Numbered from the stretch's first letter, positions 46,598 to 56,900 are shown. The stretch: 64,000 nucleotides of DNA from Candidatus Omnitrophota bacterium (GCA_043817155.1 JBDRHE010000087.1:983-64982), one strand, 5' to 3'. Translations and numbers: made by a program. Notes: generated by a model from the sequence alone, not told the origin.

Positions 46598-47608
46598 GTG
46601 AAGCAGATTAAGCTCATGGAAGTATGCGGAACGCATACAATGGCGATTGCGAGAGCAGGAATAAAGAAGGTCTTACCCAAAGGCATTAAGCTTGTATCGG
46701 GCCCGGGATGCCCTGTGTGCGTAACGGACCAGACGAATATCGATTATGCTATAGAGGTATCGCGTATTAAGGACGTTATCATGGCTACGTTCGGCGATAT
46801 GTTGCGTGTTCCCGGTTCTCAAGGTAGCCTGGATGATATAAGAAGAGAGGGTTACGACGTTCGAGTAGTGTATTCCTGTATCGATGCCCTTAAGATCGCG
46901 AAGGTTAACCCGGGCCATAGAGTTGTATTTATGGGCGTTGGTTTTGAAACTACCGCTCCTACAGTAGCAGCCAGCGTTTTGGAGGCGGAGCGAAAGGGGA
47001 TAAGCAACTTTTTTGTCTTATCGAATTTTAAACTTGTATTCCCGGCGCTCGAGATTATCTCAAGCTCGAAGAGAGTCCAGATCGACGGTTTTATATGCCC
47101 GGGGCATGTTAGCGTTATTACTGGCAGCAAACCTTACGAAAAGATCGCAAATAAATATAAGAGACCGTGTGTCATTATGGGTTTTGAACCCTCAGAGATA
47201 TTGAGTGGCATAAGCAGACTGGTCAAGCAGGTCAGGAACGGGGAGCATAAGGTCGAGATCGATTATAAGAGAGCCGTAAAAAGGTCCGGCAATGTTACTG
47301 CGCGAAATGTCCTCAATTCAGTTTTTGAAGCGGATGACGCAGAATGGAGAGGTATAGGCCAGATCAAGAAGAGTGGTTTAAGTATAAGAAGAGAATACAA
47401 GAAGTTCGACGGAAAGAGAGAATTTAATCTCATCGTCCCCCGGGCGCCGAAACCCCGTGGGTGCATATGTGGCGACGTATTACAAGGTATATATTCACCC
47501 CAGGACTGCAAATTATTTAAGAGGTTTTGTACGCCCCAGCGGCCGGTTGGGCCTTGCATGGTCTCTTCCGAGGGGACATGCGCGGCATACTTTAAGTACG
47601 GGGGGTAA
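46598..47608 (+). CDS. hypD: Hydrogenase maturation protein HypD
   Basis: MEVCGTHT, GPGCPVC, GFETTAP, PGHVS, GPCMVSSEG.C. Confidence 0.95.
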   Translation: MKQIKLMEVCGTHTMAIARAGIKKVLPKGIKLVSGPGCPVCVTDQTNIDYAIEVSRIKDVIMATFGDMLRVPGSQGSLDDIRREGYDVRVVYSCIDALKIAKVNPGHRVVFMGVGFETTAPTVAASVLEAERKGISNFFVLSNFKLVFPALEIISSSKRVQIDGFICPGHVSVITGSKPYEKIANKYKRPCVIMGFEPSEILSGISRLVKQVRNGEHKVEIDYKRAVKRSGNVTARNVLNSVFEADDAEWRGIGQIKKSGLSIRREYKKFDGKREFNLIVPRAPKPRGCICGDVLQGIYSPQDCKLFKRFCTPQRPVGPCMVSSEGTCAAYFKYGG

Positions 47609-47618
47609 CACGGAACGC

Positions 47619-47896
47619 ATGACACGTGAATTTAATAGTAAACTTACGATGGACGAAAGACGATGGACGGCTTTTGACTCGTCTTTGCGAGGTGCCGCAA
47701 TAGACTGAGCGCACCGAAGCAATCTCGCTAAGTCTGTCTTTGCGAAGTGCCTTAATATACTAAGCGCACTGAAGCAATCAAACTAGCTCGATGAGATTGC
47801 TTCGGCACGCTCGAATATTCCGGTGCCTCGCAAAGACGAGGAAAGCTTGAGATTGCTTCGGCACGCTCGAATATTCCGGTGCCTCGCAAAGACGAG
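47619..47896. repeat. Composite repeat with two left and two right family A arms
   Basis: Two near-identical GAGATTGCTTCGGCACGCTCGAATATTCCGGTGCCTCGCAAAGACGAG units. Confidence 0.85.
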
Positions 47897-47934
47897 AAAA
47901 GATGAGATTGATTTGGCACAAGAAAGTGAAGGGA

Positions 47935-48930
47935 ATGGTGAAGAGCGAAATAGTAACACTGGCGCACGGCAATGGCGGCAGGTTAATGCATGAACTTATT
48001 GAGAGGCTGCGCCGCATGTTTTCCAATAAGATCCTGGACGAGATGGCGGATGCCGCGCGAATTCATGTGAATAGAAAGGATATAGCATTCAGTACGGACT
48101 CCTATGTTGTCAAGCCCCTATTCTTCCCGGGAGGGGATATAGGGAAGCTCGCGGTCTGCGGAACAGTTAATGATATATCAATGAAGGGCGCAAGACCGCT
48201 CTTTATATCGCTCGCCTTAATTATCGAGGAAGGATTCGAAATGCATACCCTCGACAGGATCGCGCAATCTATAAAGGTTGCCTCAAGAAAGGCCGGAGTC
48301 AGAATTGTAACAGGCGACATAAAGGTTGTTGAAAATGGATCGGCCGACGGACTTTTTATAAACACATCAGGGATAGGTGTGCTGATAGATCCCGATAGAC
48401 ATATAGGCGCAAAGGCAAGAGTGGATGATGTTATAATCATAAATGGCGGCATAGCGGAACATGGCATGGCCATTCTGAATGCAAGGGAGAGACTTGGATT
48501 TGTTGCCGGCATTAAGAGTGACTGTAAAAATCTTAATGCAGATATTGCAAAAATTATTAAGACCTCAAAGAATGTCAGTGTTTTGCGCGATCCTACAAGG
48601 GGTGGGCTTGCTACAGCATTGAACGAGATAGCTTCTGCATCTAATCTGGGAATAGAGATCGATGAAGGGAGCGTACCGGTAAGAAAGAATGTAAGAAAGA
48701 TGTGTGACATATTGGGGTTCGATCCGATGTATATTGCCAATGAAGGCAAATTCTTATGTTTCGTAAACCGCTCGGATGCTTCGAAAGTCCGACGGGTTAT
48801 GGGCAAGGATGCCTCTATAATCGGAGAGGTCGTGTCACGTCACAAAAGTGAGGTCCATTTGAGGATAGGGATCGGTTCAAGTCGCATTCTACCTATGCTT
48901 GAAAGCGATCAGCTCCCGCGCATCTGCTAA
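47935..48930 (+). CDS. hypE: Hydrogenase maturation protein HypE
   Basis: HG.GG, TDSYVV.PLFFPGGDIG, RDPTRGG, ANEG, C-terminal PRIC. Confidence 0.96.
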   Translation: MVKSEIVTLAHGNGGRLMHELIERLRRMFSNKILDEMADAARIHVNRKDIAFSTDSYVVKPLFFPGGDIGKLAVCGTVNDISMKGARPLFISLALIIEEGFEMHTLDRIAQSIKVASRKAGVRIVTGDIKVVENGSADGLFINTSGIGVLIDPDRHIGAKARVDDVIIINGGIAEHGMAILNARERLGFVAGIKSDCKNLNADIAKIIKTSKNVSVLRDPTRGGLATALNEIASASNLGIEIDEGSVPVRKNVRKMCDILGFDPMYIANEGKFLCFVNRSDASKVRRVMGKDASIIGEVVSRHKSEVHLRIGIGSSRILPMLESDQLPRIC

Positions 48931-48938
48931 GAGAGGGA

Positions 48939-49835
48939 ATGCTAGTAAAATACATGAAAGAGAGTCTGCAAGTTTTATATATTACGGCAGCATCGCTTGG
49001 ATTTGTCCATACAGTCTTTGGACCGGACCACTACCTACCTTTTATCGTAATGGGCCGGGCCAGAGAATGGTCACTCGCGAAGACATTGTGGATAACATTT
49101 CTCTGCGGCATCGGACATATATTAGGCTCTGTTCTTCTTGGCATGATGGGTATAGCCTTTGGCATAGGGGTAATGCGGCTAGAAGCTCTGGAGGAGATTC
49201 GGGGAAATCTTGCAGCGTGGGTCTTGATTGGATTTGGGCTCGCCTATTTTGTGTGGGGGCTTCGAAGGGCAATAAGATATAGATCGCATCGTCACAAACA
49301 TCTTCATCCGCCTCCGCAGGAAACCCCAGCTTTGGCCGGGGAAGAATGTGGCAGTTCTGCTTCCGCCTTCGCTGAATGGCATTCGCGTTCAGCTTCGGCG
49401 GACAAGTCGGCGAGATGTCGCCTCGAAGATGGCGGGCGGATGCCGCGCCGAAGCTCGAAGAGCGAAGGCGGGCTCCACAGTGGTGATGACCGCCATGCCC
49501 ACGGCCATGTACATACAGGTGGGCACTCACACGTCCACGACAAGAATGGAAAAAACATAACCCCGTGGATACTTTTTACAATCTTCGTCCTTGGGCCGTG
49601 CGAACCGCTCATACCGCTTCTTATGTACCCGGCATCGAAAAGCAGCATGACGGGACTCGTCTGGGTAACGGCCATATTCGGTGTAGTGACGGTCCTGACA
49701 ATGATTTCGATCGTGCTTTTAATGTCTTTAGGGGTTAACCTCATTCCGCTCGGAAAACTGGAACGCTATACCCACGCTCTAGCCGGTGCCACGATACTCC
49801 TTTCCGGCCTCGCTATACAATTCCTTGGTTTATAA
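48939..49835 (+). CDS. Nickel transporter (UreH/RcnA/NiCoT-like) with His-rich loop
   Basis: H...GPDH, GH, GPCE, His-rich loop; follows hypE. Confidence 0.8.
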   Translation: MLVKYMKESLQVLYITAASLGFVHTVFGPDHYLPFIVMGRAREWSLAKTLWITFLCGIGHILGSVLLGMMGIAFGIGVMRLEALEEIRGNLAAWVLIGFGLAYFVWGLRRAIRYRSHRHKHLHPPPQETPALAGEECGSSASAFAEWHSRSASADKSARCRLEDGGRMPRRSSKSEGGLHSGDDRHAHGHVHTGGHSHVHDKNGKNITPWILFTIFVLGPCEPLIPLLMYPASKSSMTGLVWVTAIFGVVTVLTMISIVLLMSLGVNLIPLGKLERYTHALAGATILLSGLAIQFLGL

Positions 49836-49852
49836 TAACTTCTATTGACAGA

Positions 49853-49967
49853 GATTACACAGATTAAGGAGGATTACACAGATGGTTGCCTCGTATCTGT
49901 GTAATCAAAACGTTGCATACTTCACAGAATCAAGTTTTATCAATCTGAATAAAAAATCTGTGTAATC
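49853..49967. repeat. Complete inverted GATTACACAGAT element (two left and two right units)
   Basis: GATTACACAGAT-TAAGGAG-GATTACACAGAT...ATCTGTGTAATC x2. Confidence 0.8.
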
Positions 49968-49968
49968 A

Positions 49969-49997
49969 TTGAGAAAATATGTTATTTAGTATATAAT
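49969..49997 (+). promoter_or_regulatory. Promoter for nadE
   Basis: TTGAGA-17 bp-TATAAT. Confidence 0.6.
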
Positions 49998-50022
49998 CAG
50001 AACCTATAAGGAAGGGGAGAAG

Positions 50023-50745
50023 ATGATGGATCTCAGCGCAAAGATAGCAGATTGGATTAAGAAGCAGGTCCGTGATGCCGGGAAAAAAGGAATCATTGTG
50101 GGACTCAGCGGCGGCATAGATTCAAGTGTTGTGGCAGCGCTTTCGAAGCGCGCCGTGGGGGATAATGTGCGTGGTCTTATACTTCCCTGCAAGAGTAATT
50201 CGGAAGATGTTGAGTTAGCTTATAAGGTATCGAAGAGATTTAACATTAAAACGGAAGAGGTTGTGCTGGATAAGCTATTCGACCAGATGGTTAACGTATA
50301 TCCGGCAGCAAGGGATCTGGCGAAATCGAACCTGAAACCTCGCCTACGCATGACAACCCTCTATTACTTCGCGAATGCACTCGATTATCTTGTGGCCGGA
50401 ACCGGTAACAGGACCGAGCTGGTTATCGGTTACTTTACGAAATACGGGGATGGGGGTGTAGATATTCTACCTATAGGAGGACTGCTTAAATCGGGAGTAA
50501 GGAAATTGGCCAAAAAACTCGATGTGCCAGGAGAGATCATCGCAAGGCCGCCTTCTGCGGGTCTCTGGCACGGTCAGACCGATGAAGGCGAGATAGGTAT
50601 AACCTATGATGAGCTTGACAGGACGATCAATGCCATAAATAATGGTAAGACCAGCGATATAGACAAGGAGATCTTGGCAAAGGTCAACGGCATGATTAAG
50701 AATTCAGAACACAAGAGATGCGCCGTACCAATATTCGAAGAATGA
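50023..50745 (+). CDS. nadE: NH3-dependent NAD+ synthetase
   Basis: GLSGGIDS, N.K.RLRM, GYFTKYGDG, PSAGLW.GQTDE. Confidence 0.96.
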   Translation: MMDLSAKIADWIKKQVRDAGKKGIIVGLSGGIDSSVVAALSKRAVGDNVRGLILPCKSNSEDVELAYKVSKRFNIKTEEVVLDKLFDQMVNVYPAARDLAKSNLKPRLRMTTLYYFANALDYLVAGTGNRTELVIGYFTKYGDGGVDILPIGGLLKSGVRKLAKKLDVPGEIIARPPSAGLWHGQTDEGEIGITYDELDRTINAINNGKTSDIDKEILAKVNGMIKNSEHKRCAVPIFEE

Positions 50746-50777
50746 CTACACGGATTGGGGAATGATTACACAGATGA
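50742..50777. repeat. 32-bp GATTACACAGAT doublet at the nadE/hexokinase junction
   Basis: ATGA-CTACACGGATTGGGGAATGATTACACAG-ATGA. Confidence 0.75.
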
Positions 50778-52132
50778 AAAGAGATTCGAGTAGATGTATC
50801 CGCGATATCGAGGAGATGTTCGAGCTCTCTCCAGGCGAAATTCGGCGGATAGTAAAGGATTTCCATTCGGAGATGCGAAGAGGTCTTTCGGGACGGGGAA
50901 GCTCGCTCAAGATGATACCCTCTTACGCCGGAAGACCAAGCGGTACCGAGAAGGGCAGGTTTCTTGCTCTTGATCTCGGTGGAACGAATTTCAGGCTTCA
51001 GTTGATAAGGTTGGAAGGTAATAGACGGATACGGTCTTGCATGTCAGAGAGTTATGTTTTGAAGAAGAGACTTTTGAGAGGCACAGGCAAGAAGTTTTTC
51101 GATTTCATAGCCGGCCGCGTAGAAAAATTCATTGATAAAAATGGAAAGGCCGGAGATGAAGACTGTAAAATAGGATTTACCTTCTCATTCCCTGTTAAGC
51201 AGACCAGGGTAGACAACGGTATCCTGATCAGGTGGACAAAAGGGTTCCAGATAAGTGGTGTAGAGGGTAAGGACGTGGTCAAATTGCTTAATGAATCTCT
51301 GAAAGGTAGAGGATTGGGATATGTAAGTGTCGTCGCTCTTGCAAATGATACGGTAAGTACGGTCGCTGCTAAAAGCTATGAAGATAAGAACTGCGACATC
51401 GGCGTAATCTTGGGGACCGGTACGAACGCCTGTTATTGCGAAAAGCGCTCCAATGTATTAAAGGTAAGAAAAGAGGCGATCTTGCCCAGAGGCGTCTTTA
51501 TAAATATGGAGTGGGGCAACTTTAGTAAAATAAGATCTACGGCATATGACAGGGAGTTGGACGCATCATCGGTCAATCCCGGAGAACAGTTACTCGAAAA
51601 GATGGTGTCAGGCAGATATCTTGGAGAGATCGCAAGATTAGTTTTAAGAGATTTAAAAAGAAGGAGAGCGATTTTCATAAATAGACCCATCTCCATATTG
51701 GACATGCCGTATCGATTCAAATCAGAATATATGTCGATGGCCGAGAGCGATAATTCTAAAATGATGACGCGAACAGATAGATTGCTAAAGAAGCTGGGCA
51801 TAAATAAATCATCTGCTGCCGACAGGAGGCTTCTCAAGAGAGTGTGCATGGCGATCTCTAAGAGAGCTGCATGTATCAGCGCAGCGGCCATATTTTCGGT
51901 GGTTACCAAAATAGATAGCCGCGTGTCCAGGCGACATACGATAGCTGTAGATGGTTCTGTTTATGAAAAGTATTGCGGATTCCCGAAGAAGATGAGAGAT
52001 GCGCTTAAAGAGAATTTCAGACTGATAGATCAAAACAGAGGCGTTTCCAGAGTAAGGCTGAGCCTCACTAAGAATGCGTCCGGCAAGGGCGCCGCTGTTA
52101 TAGCGGCGATGAGTAGAGCTTTAGCTTCCTAG
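50774..52132 (+). CDS. Hexokinase (eukaryote-type family)
   Basis: LDLGGTNFR, GFTFSFP, WTKGF, NDT, GTGTNACY, INMEWG, EKMVSG.YLGE, DGS. Confidence 0.92.
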   Translation: MKRDSSRCIRDIEEMFELSPGEIRRIVKDFHSEMRRGLSGRGSSLKMIPSYAGRPSGTEKGRFLALDLGGTNFRLQLIRLEGNRRIRSCMSESYVLKKRLLRGTGKKFFDFIAGRVEKFIDKNGKAGDEDCKIGFTFSFPVKQTRVDNGILIRWTKGFQISGVEGKDVVKLLNESLKGRGLGYVSVVALANDTVSTVAAKSYEDKNCDIGVILGTGTNACYCEKRSNVLKVRKEAILPRGVFINMEWGNFSKIRSTAYDRELDASSVNPGEQLLEKMVSGRYLGEIARLVLRDLKRRRAIFINRPISILDMPYRFKSEYMSMAESDNSKMMTRTDRLLKKLGINKSSAADRRLLKRVCMAISKRAACISAAAIFSVVTKIDSRVSRRHTIAVDGSVYEKYCGFPKKMRDALKENFRLIDQNRGVSRVRLSLTKNASGKGAAVIAAMSRALAS

Positions 52133-52208
52133 CTTATTAGCTTCTTAGGAGATGTGAGAACTTGTTCGTACCTAAAAAGCTAGAAAGCTAATAAGCTAGA
52201 AAGCTAGA
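52129..52208. repeat. Inverted 8-mer array (TAGCTT / AAGCTAG)
   Basis: Begins at the hexokinase stop codon. Confidence 0.65.
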
Positions 52209-52224
52209 ATAAGGAGTTACGACA

Positions 52225-52959
52225 ATGACTTTATTGTATATCCTGGCGAGCGTCATCATAACAAGCGCGATTTCACTCATTGGAGTACTGACAATCGGGG
52301 TGAAGAACAACCTTTTTGAGAGGTTTTTGGTTCTGATCGTTGGATTTGCCGCAGGTGGAATGATCGGGGGCGCTTTTTTGCATCTTTTGCCGGAAGCTTT
52401 GGAACTGGGTGGAGGCGATAGGGTATTCCTCTATGCGCTTGTCGGCTTTACCGTCTTTTTCATAATGGAGAGATATTTTCACTGGAGACACTGTCATGAC
52501 GACAATTGTGAAGTGCACCCTTTTACCTATCTGAATTTGGCGGGTGACGGTCTGCACAACTTTACCGACGGCATAATCATAGCTGCCAGCTTTGTTACGG
52601 ATGTGAGGTTGGGAGTCGTTACAACCCTTGCGGTTATATTTCACGAGATTCCGCAGGAGATAGGTGATTTCGGAATTCTGGTATACGGTGGATTCAGTAA
52701 GAGAAAGGCTCTTCTTTTAAACTTCTTATGCGCGCTTTTCAGTGTTATAGGCGCGATTTTGGGATACGCGCTCTCCACTATGATGGAGAATACCGCATTC
52801 TTCTTCATCTCGTTTACCGCGGGTGGATTTATATACATAGCCGCATGCGATCTTATACCTGAACTTCACAGGCAGAAGAATGCAAAGAGATCGAACGCGG
52901 CGCTTGCAGCTTTTATCGCAGGTCTTGTATTTATGGCGTTGGCCAAGACTCTTTTATAG
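52225..52959 (+). CDS. ZIP-family metal transporter
   Basis: HLLPEA, HWRHCH, D..HNFTDG, HEIPQE.GDF. Confidence 0.93.
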   Translation: MTLLYILASVIITSAISLIGVLTIGVKNNLFERFLVLIVGFAAGGMIGGAFLHLLPEALELGGGDRVFLYALVGFTVFFIMERYFHWRHCHDDNCEVHPFTYLNLAGDGLHNFTDGIIIAASFVTDVRLGVVTTLAVIFHEIPQEIGDFGILVYGGFSKRKALLLNFLCALFSVIGAILGYALSTMMENTAFFFISFTAGGFIYIAACDLIPELHRQKNAKRSNAALAAFIAGLVFMALAKTLL

Positions 52960-52982
52960 AGTATTTTTTTGTCTCTTTTTGC

Positions 52983-53014
52983 TTGATTGATAGTCTCTCG
53001 CGTAGTATTATACT
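52983..53014 (+). promoter_or_regulatory. Possible promoter for the coiled-coil cluster
   Basis: TTGATT-17 bp-TATTAT (or TTGATA-16 bp-TATACT). Confidence 0.4.
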
Positions 53015-53081
53015 AACATATTATTATTGTCAAAGGCTTTGCGTATATCAGCGCGTAACAAAAGTACGAAAACCATAAGGT

Positions 53082-53891
53082 ATGCAAGCTAAAAAACCCT
53101 TTTTTCTAGCAGTACTTGTATTCATAAGCATCTTCTTCGCATTTCTCACCTTTTCAATGTATCGCCACTTAAAGACGTCCGAGGCCGAATTCAACTTCAA
53201 GGAAGCCACCCTTACGAAGGAGAATCTGGGCTTGAGAGACGAAGCAAAGTCCATGCTGGAGGAGTTCGAGAAGAACATTGAAAAGCTTACTCTGTTTGAA
53301 GAAGAGAAGAGGTCGCTAAACCTGCAGCACTCCGAAGAGATCAAGGTACTGACAGAAGATAAAGCAAACCTCGAGAAGAAGATAAGAGAGTTGCAGAATA
53401 GATCTTTTATCCAGAACCTCAGGGATGCAATGCATAAAGAAGAGAACGAAAATGCAAAGAAATTCTTCGAAAGAATACTTTACGACATAGTTACTTTACG
53501 AAGCGTTAAAAATATTGAGCTTGAACCCATAATCGTGACCGAGAAGAAGAGCTCTTCCTTTGGCGGAAAGTCCGGGGATAAGCCGAATAGGAAAGGCGCG
53601 CAGGTTTCCAAAGAACCACTGCCAAAATCTACGGTCAACGTTTTTTCCGGCAAGAGAGGCAAGATAGTCTCGATCGATGATGCATACAACCTTGTGATCA
53701 TAGATCTGGGTCGCAAAGATGGTATAAACGGAGGCGAAGAGATCGCGATACTTAAAGGAGGAGAGGAGATAGCCCGCGCCCAAATAATAAACGTGCGCTA
53801 CAAAATATCGGCAGCGTTTATAAATAATATTGGGCAGAAATATAGTGTTCGTAGTATCACAAAGGGCTATGATGTTCTGATATCTGAGTAA
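53082..53891 (+). CDS. Membrane-anchored coiled-coil protein with C-terminal small beta domain
   Basis: N-terminal TM, coiled coil, then GKIVSID...LVIIDLG..DG...G..I.I.KG. Confidence 0.8.
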   Translation: MQAKKPFFLAVLVFISIFFAFLTFSMYRHLKTSEAEFNFKEATLTKENLGLRDEAKSMLEEFEKNIEKLTLFEEEKRSLNLQHSEEIKVLTEDKANLEKKIRELQNRSFIQNLRDAMHKEENENAKKFFERILYDIVTLRSVKNIELEPIIVTEKKSSSFGGKSGDKPNRKGAQVSKEPLPKSTVNVFSGKRGKIVSIDDAYNLVIIDLGRKDGINGGEEIAILKGGEEIARAQIINVRYKISAAFINNIGQKYSVRSITKGYDVLISE

Positions 53892-53946
53892 CAGTATGGA
53901 GGTCTCTTATAATTTGCAGGGCAATGTTTAGGGAGGTGAGCGCCCG

Positions 53947-56900
53947 ATGATTTCGATAATAATGCACAAGATGAACCGTTCAGCCGTTAAAAAGATGATA
54001 GTTTGTATGGCAATTATGCTAATTTGCGTTCCGCGTATATTGGATGCACAGAATATGGGGGGGAAAGAGGGGAGTGTCCTATATGTGAGCGATGCAGGGG
54101 ATTTTGTTTTTATCGATTTAAGCCAGATCGATGTCAAGCAAGGTGATTTTGTGGAAATTTACAGGGGTTCGAAACAGATCGCTTCCGGATCAATTAAGGC
54201 GCCGATGGAAAAGATGTCCGAAGCCACCGTTTTAGAGAAGAATACAGAGGTAATTATTGGCGATCGAATAGTAATAACAGCATCCCCGAAAAGGCTACCC
54301 CCTGCTACTGAAAAGATCGTAATTGAAGAAGATGAACAAGATCTGGTCGAGGTTGAAGAAGAGATAGGACGCTTACCTGCGTCGGGGGAAGTAATCAGGG
54401 AAGATCCGGAGTACGGAGAACTAAATAGAAGATTTGTTTTACTCCAGGATGAAAAAGCGAAGGTATTCGCTGAATTAAACAGGGAGATAGCATCGCTTAA
54501 GAGCAGCAAGAGAAGTCTTGAACAACAGCTCGAGTCCGCAGAGAGGACCGAAGGTTCAGAGGAAAAGGATCTTCTGGTCAAGATAGAGGACTTAGAGCAA
54601 TCGAAAAAAGATATAATGGCGCTCTTAAATAAGAAGATAGTTTCGATACAAGAGGAGAGCGCAAAAACAGAATCCATGTTACGATCGGAGATAGTCGCCC
54701 TTAAAAGGGAGAAGAAGGTCTCAGAAGATGACTTTGGGATCAAAAGCAAATCTTCAAAAAGCGCAATTGTAAAATCTCTTGAAAAAGAACTGAGAGAGCT
54801 TAAGGAGTCTAAGAGAGATGAGATAGCAAAACTGGAAAAGAAGATTGCGCAATTGGAAATGTCAAATAAAGAGAGTGAAGTTAAACTAAACAATCTTCTA
54901 GATGAAAAGAACGTTTCAACAGAAGGAGCAGAAGTTTCTAAACTCCAGAAAGAGCTCCGGGAGCTGAAAAGTGAGAAGAGCCAGACCGAATCGAAGCTAA
55001 AGAACGAAATAGAGTCACTTAAAGATGCCAAAGGTACTTTAAAGAATGAAACGGCGGAGCTTGAAAAGAGGTTGCTGGATTCAGAGAGGTCAAGGGAAGA
55101 GGCCATAACAGGATTGCAGAAATCTCTGGATAGCAGCAATGCTTCAAAAGATAGTGAAGTTGCGAAGCTGCATAAAGAGCTCCAGGCTCTGAAAAGTGAG
55201 AAGAGCCAGACCGAATCGAAGCTGAATAACGAAATACAGTCTCTCAAAAATGCCGGAGAGAGCCTGAGGGTAACAATAGCTAATATGGAGAAGTCCGCAG
55301 CAGAGAATGCGGCAAAATTAGAAAATGAGCACCGCACTTTCAAAAAATACTCAGAATATGAAATAGTAAACCTCAAAGATGAATCGAAGAATCTGTCAAG
55401 AGAGAAAGAGAACATGGAATCTCTGCTGAAGGCCAATGACCAGGCGCATAAGAATCAATTAAAGGAGCTGGAAGAGGCCAGAAGAGAGGCCATTGCAGAC
55501 CTGGAAAATAAGATGCTGGATCTGAAGAGCTCGAAAGACGAGGCCATAGCAGGATTGCAGAAATCCCTGGATAGCAGCAATGCTTCAAAAGATAGTGAAG
55601 TTGCGAAGCTGCATAAAGAGCTCCAGACTCTGATAGGCGAGAGGAGCCAGACCGAATCGAAGCTGAATAACGAAATACAGTCACTTAAAGATGCCAAAGT
55701 TAGTTTAAAGAATGAAACGGCGGAGCGCGAAAAGAGGTTGCTGGATTCAGAGAGGTCAAGGGAAGAGGCCATAGCAGAATTGCAGAAATCCCTGAATAGT
55801 AGCAATGCTTCAAAAGATAGTGAAGTTGCGAAGCTGCATAAAGAGCTCCAGACGCTGGTAGCGGAGAAGAGGGAGACCGAATCGAAGCTGAATAATGAAA
55901 TACAGTCTCTCAAAAATGCCGGAGAGAGCCTGAGGGTAACAATAGCTAATATGGAGAAGTCCGCAGCAGAGAATATTGCAAAGACAAAAGGCGAACACCA
56001 GACTTTTAGGAAATACTCAGAATACGAAATAGCAAATCTTAAGAATGACCTGGAAAATCTGTCAAGCGAGAAAGAGAATACGGAAGCTATGCTGAAGGCC
56101 AATGCCGAGACTCTTAAAAATCAACTAAACGCGCTGGAAGAGGCCAGAAGAGAGGCCATTGCGGATCTGGAAAATAAGACGCTGGATCTGAAGAGCTCGA
56201 AAGACGAGGCCATAGCGAGTCTTCAAAAAGCCCTTGATAGCAGCAATGCTTCAAAACAACTTGAGACGGCTAAGTTGCAGGATGAGCTCCAGGTCTTGAG
56301 GGCAGAGAAGAACGAGAGCGAATCTAAGCTGAATAGCAAGATACAGGTTCTTGTCAACATCGAAAGCAACCTGAAGGCCAGGATCGCCGATATGGAAAGA
56401 TCCGAAGTCGAGAAGATAGAAGAATTAAGAAAGGAATATGGCACTTTTAAGAAGATCGCGGAAGATGGGGTATCAAAGCTTAAAGGTAGTATTGAGGATC
56501 TGTCCAGGGATAAGATGAGCATGGAATCTACATTGAGGGGGGAAATTGAAGCTCTTAATAAACAACTGGACGAGCTGGAAGAGGCCAAAAGAGAGGCGAT
56601 AGCGGATCTGGGAGAGAAGATGCTGGATCTAAAAAAATCGAATGAATATACAACGGCCAGATTACAGGATGTCGTAGATAACAGAGATGTTAAAATAGAG
56701 GCAGAGGTTTCGAAAGTAGAGGATAAGTTCCAGGCTTTAAGGATGGAGAAGAGAGAGAGTGAGTCTAAGCTAAAGAACGAGATACAGGCCCTTGCCAATA
56801 TCGAAAGCAATCTTAAGGACAAAATAGCTGATATGGAGAGATCCAACGAGGAGATTATAGCGAAATTTAAAAGTGAACGATTCGCTTTAGAAAAGACCGC

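Noticed and set aside
47790-47896. CRISPR array from tandem ~48-bp repeats
   Set aside because: Only two units with a gap under 10 bp, they are arms of dispersed family A, and there are no cas genes.
55021-55850. DGR template/variable repeat pair
   Set aside because: Mismatches between the copies are not adenine-specific and there is no reverse transcriptase.
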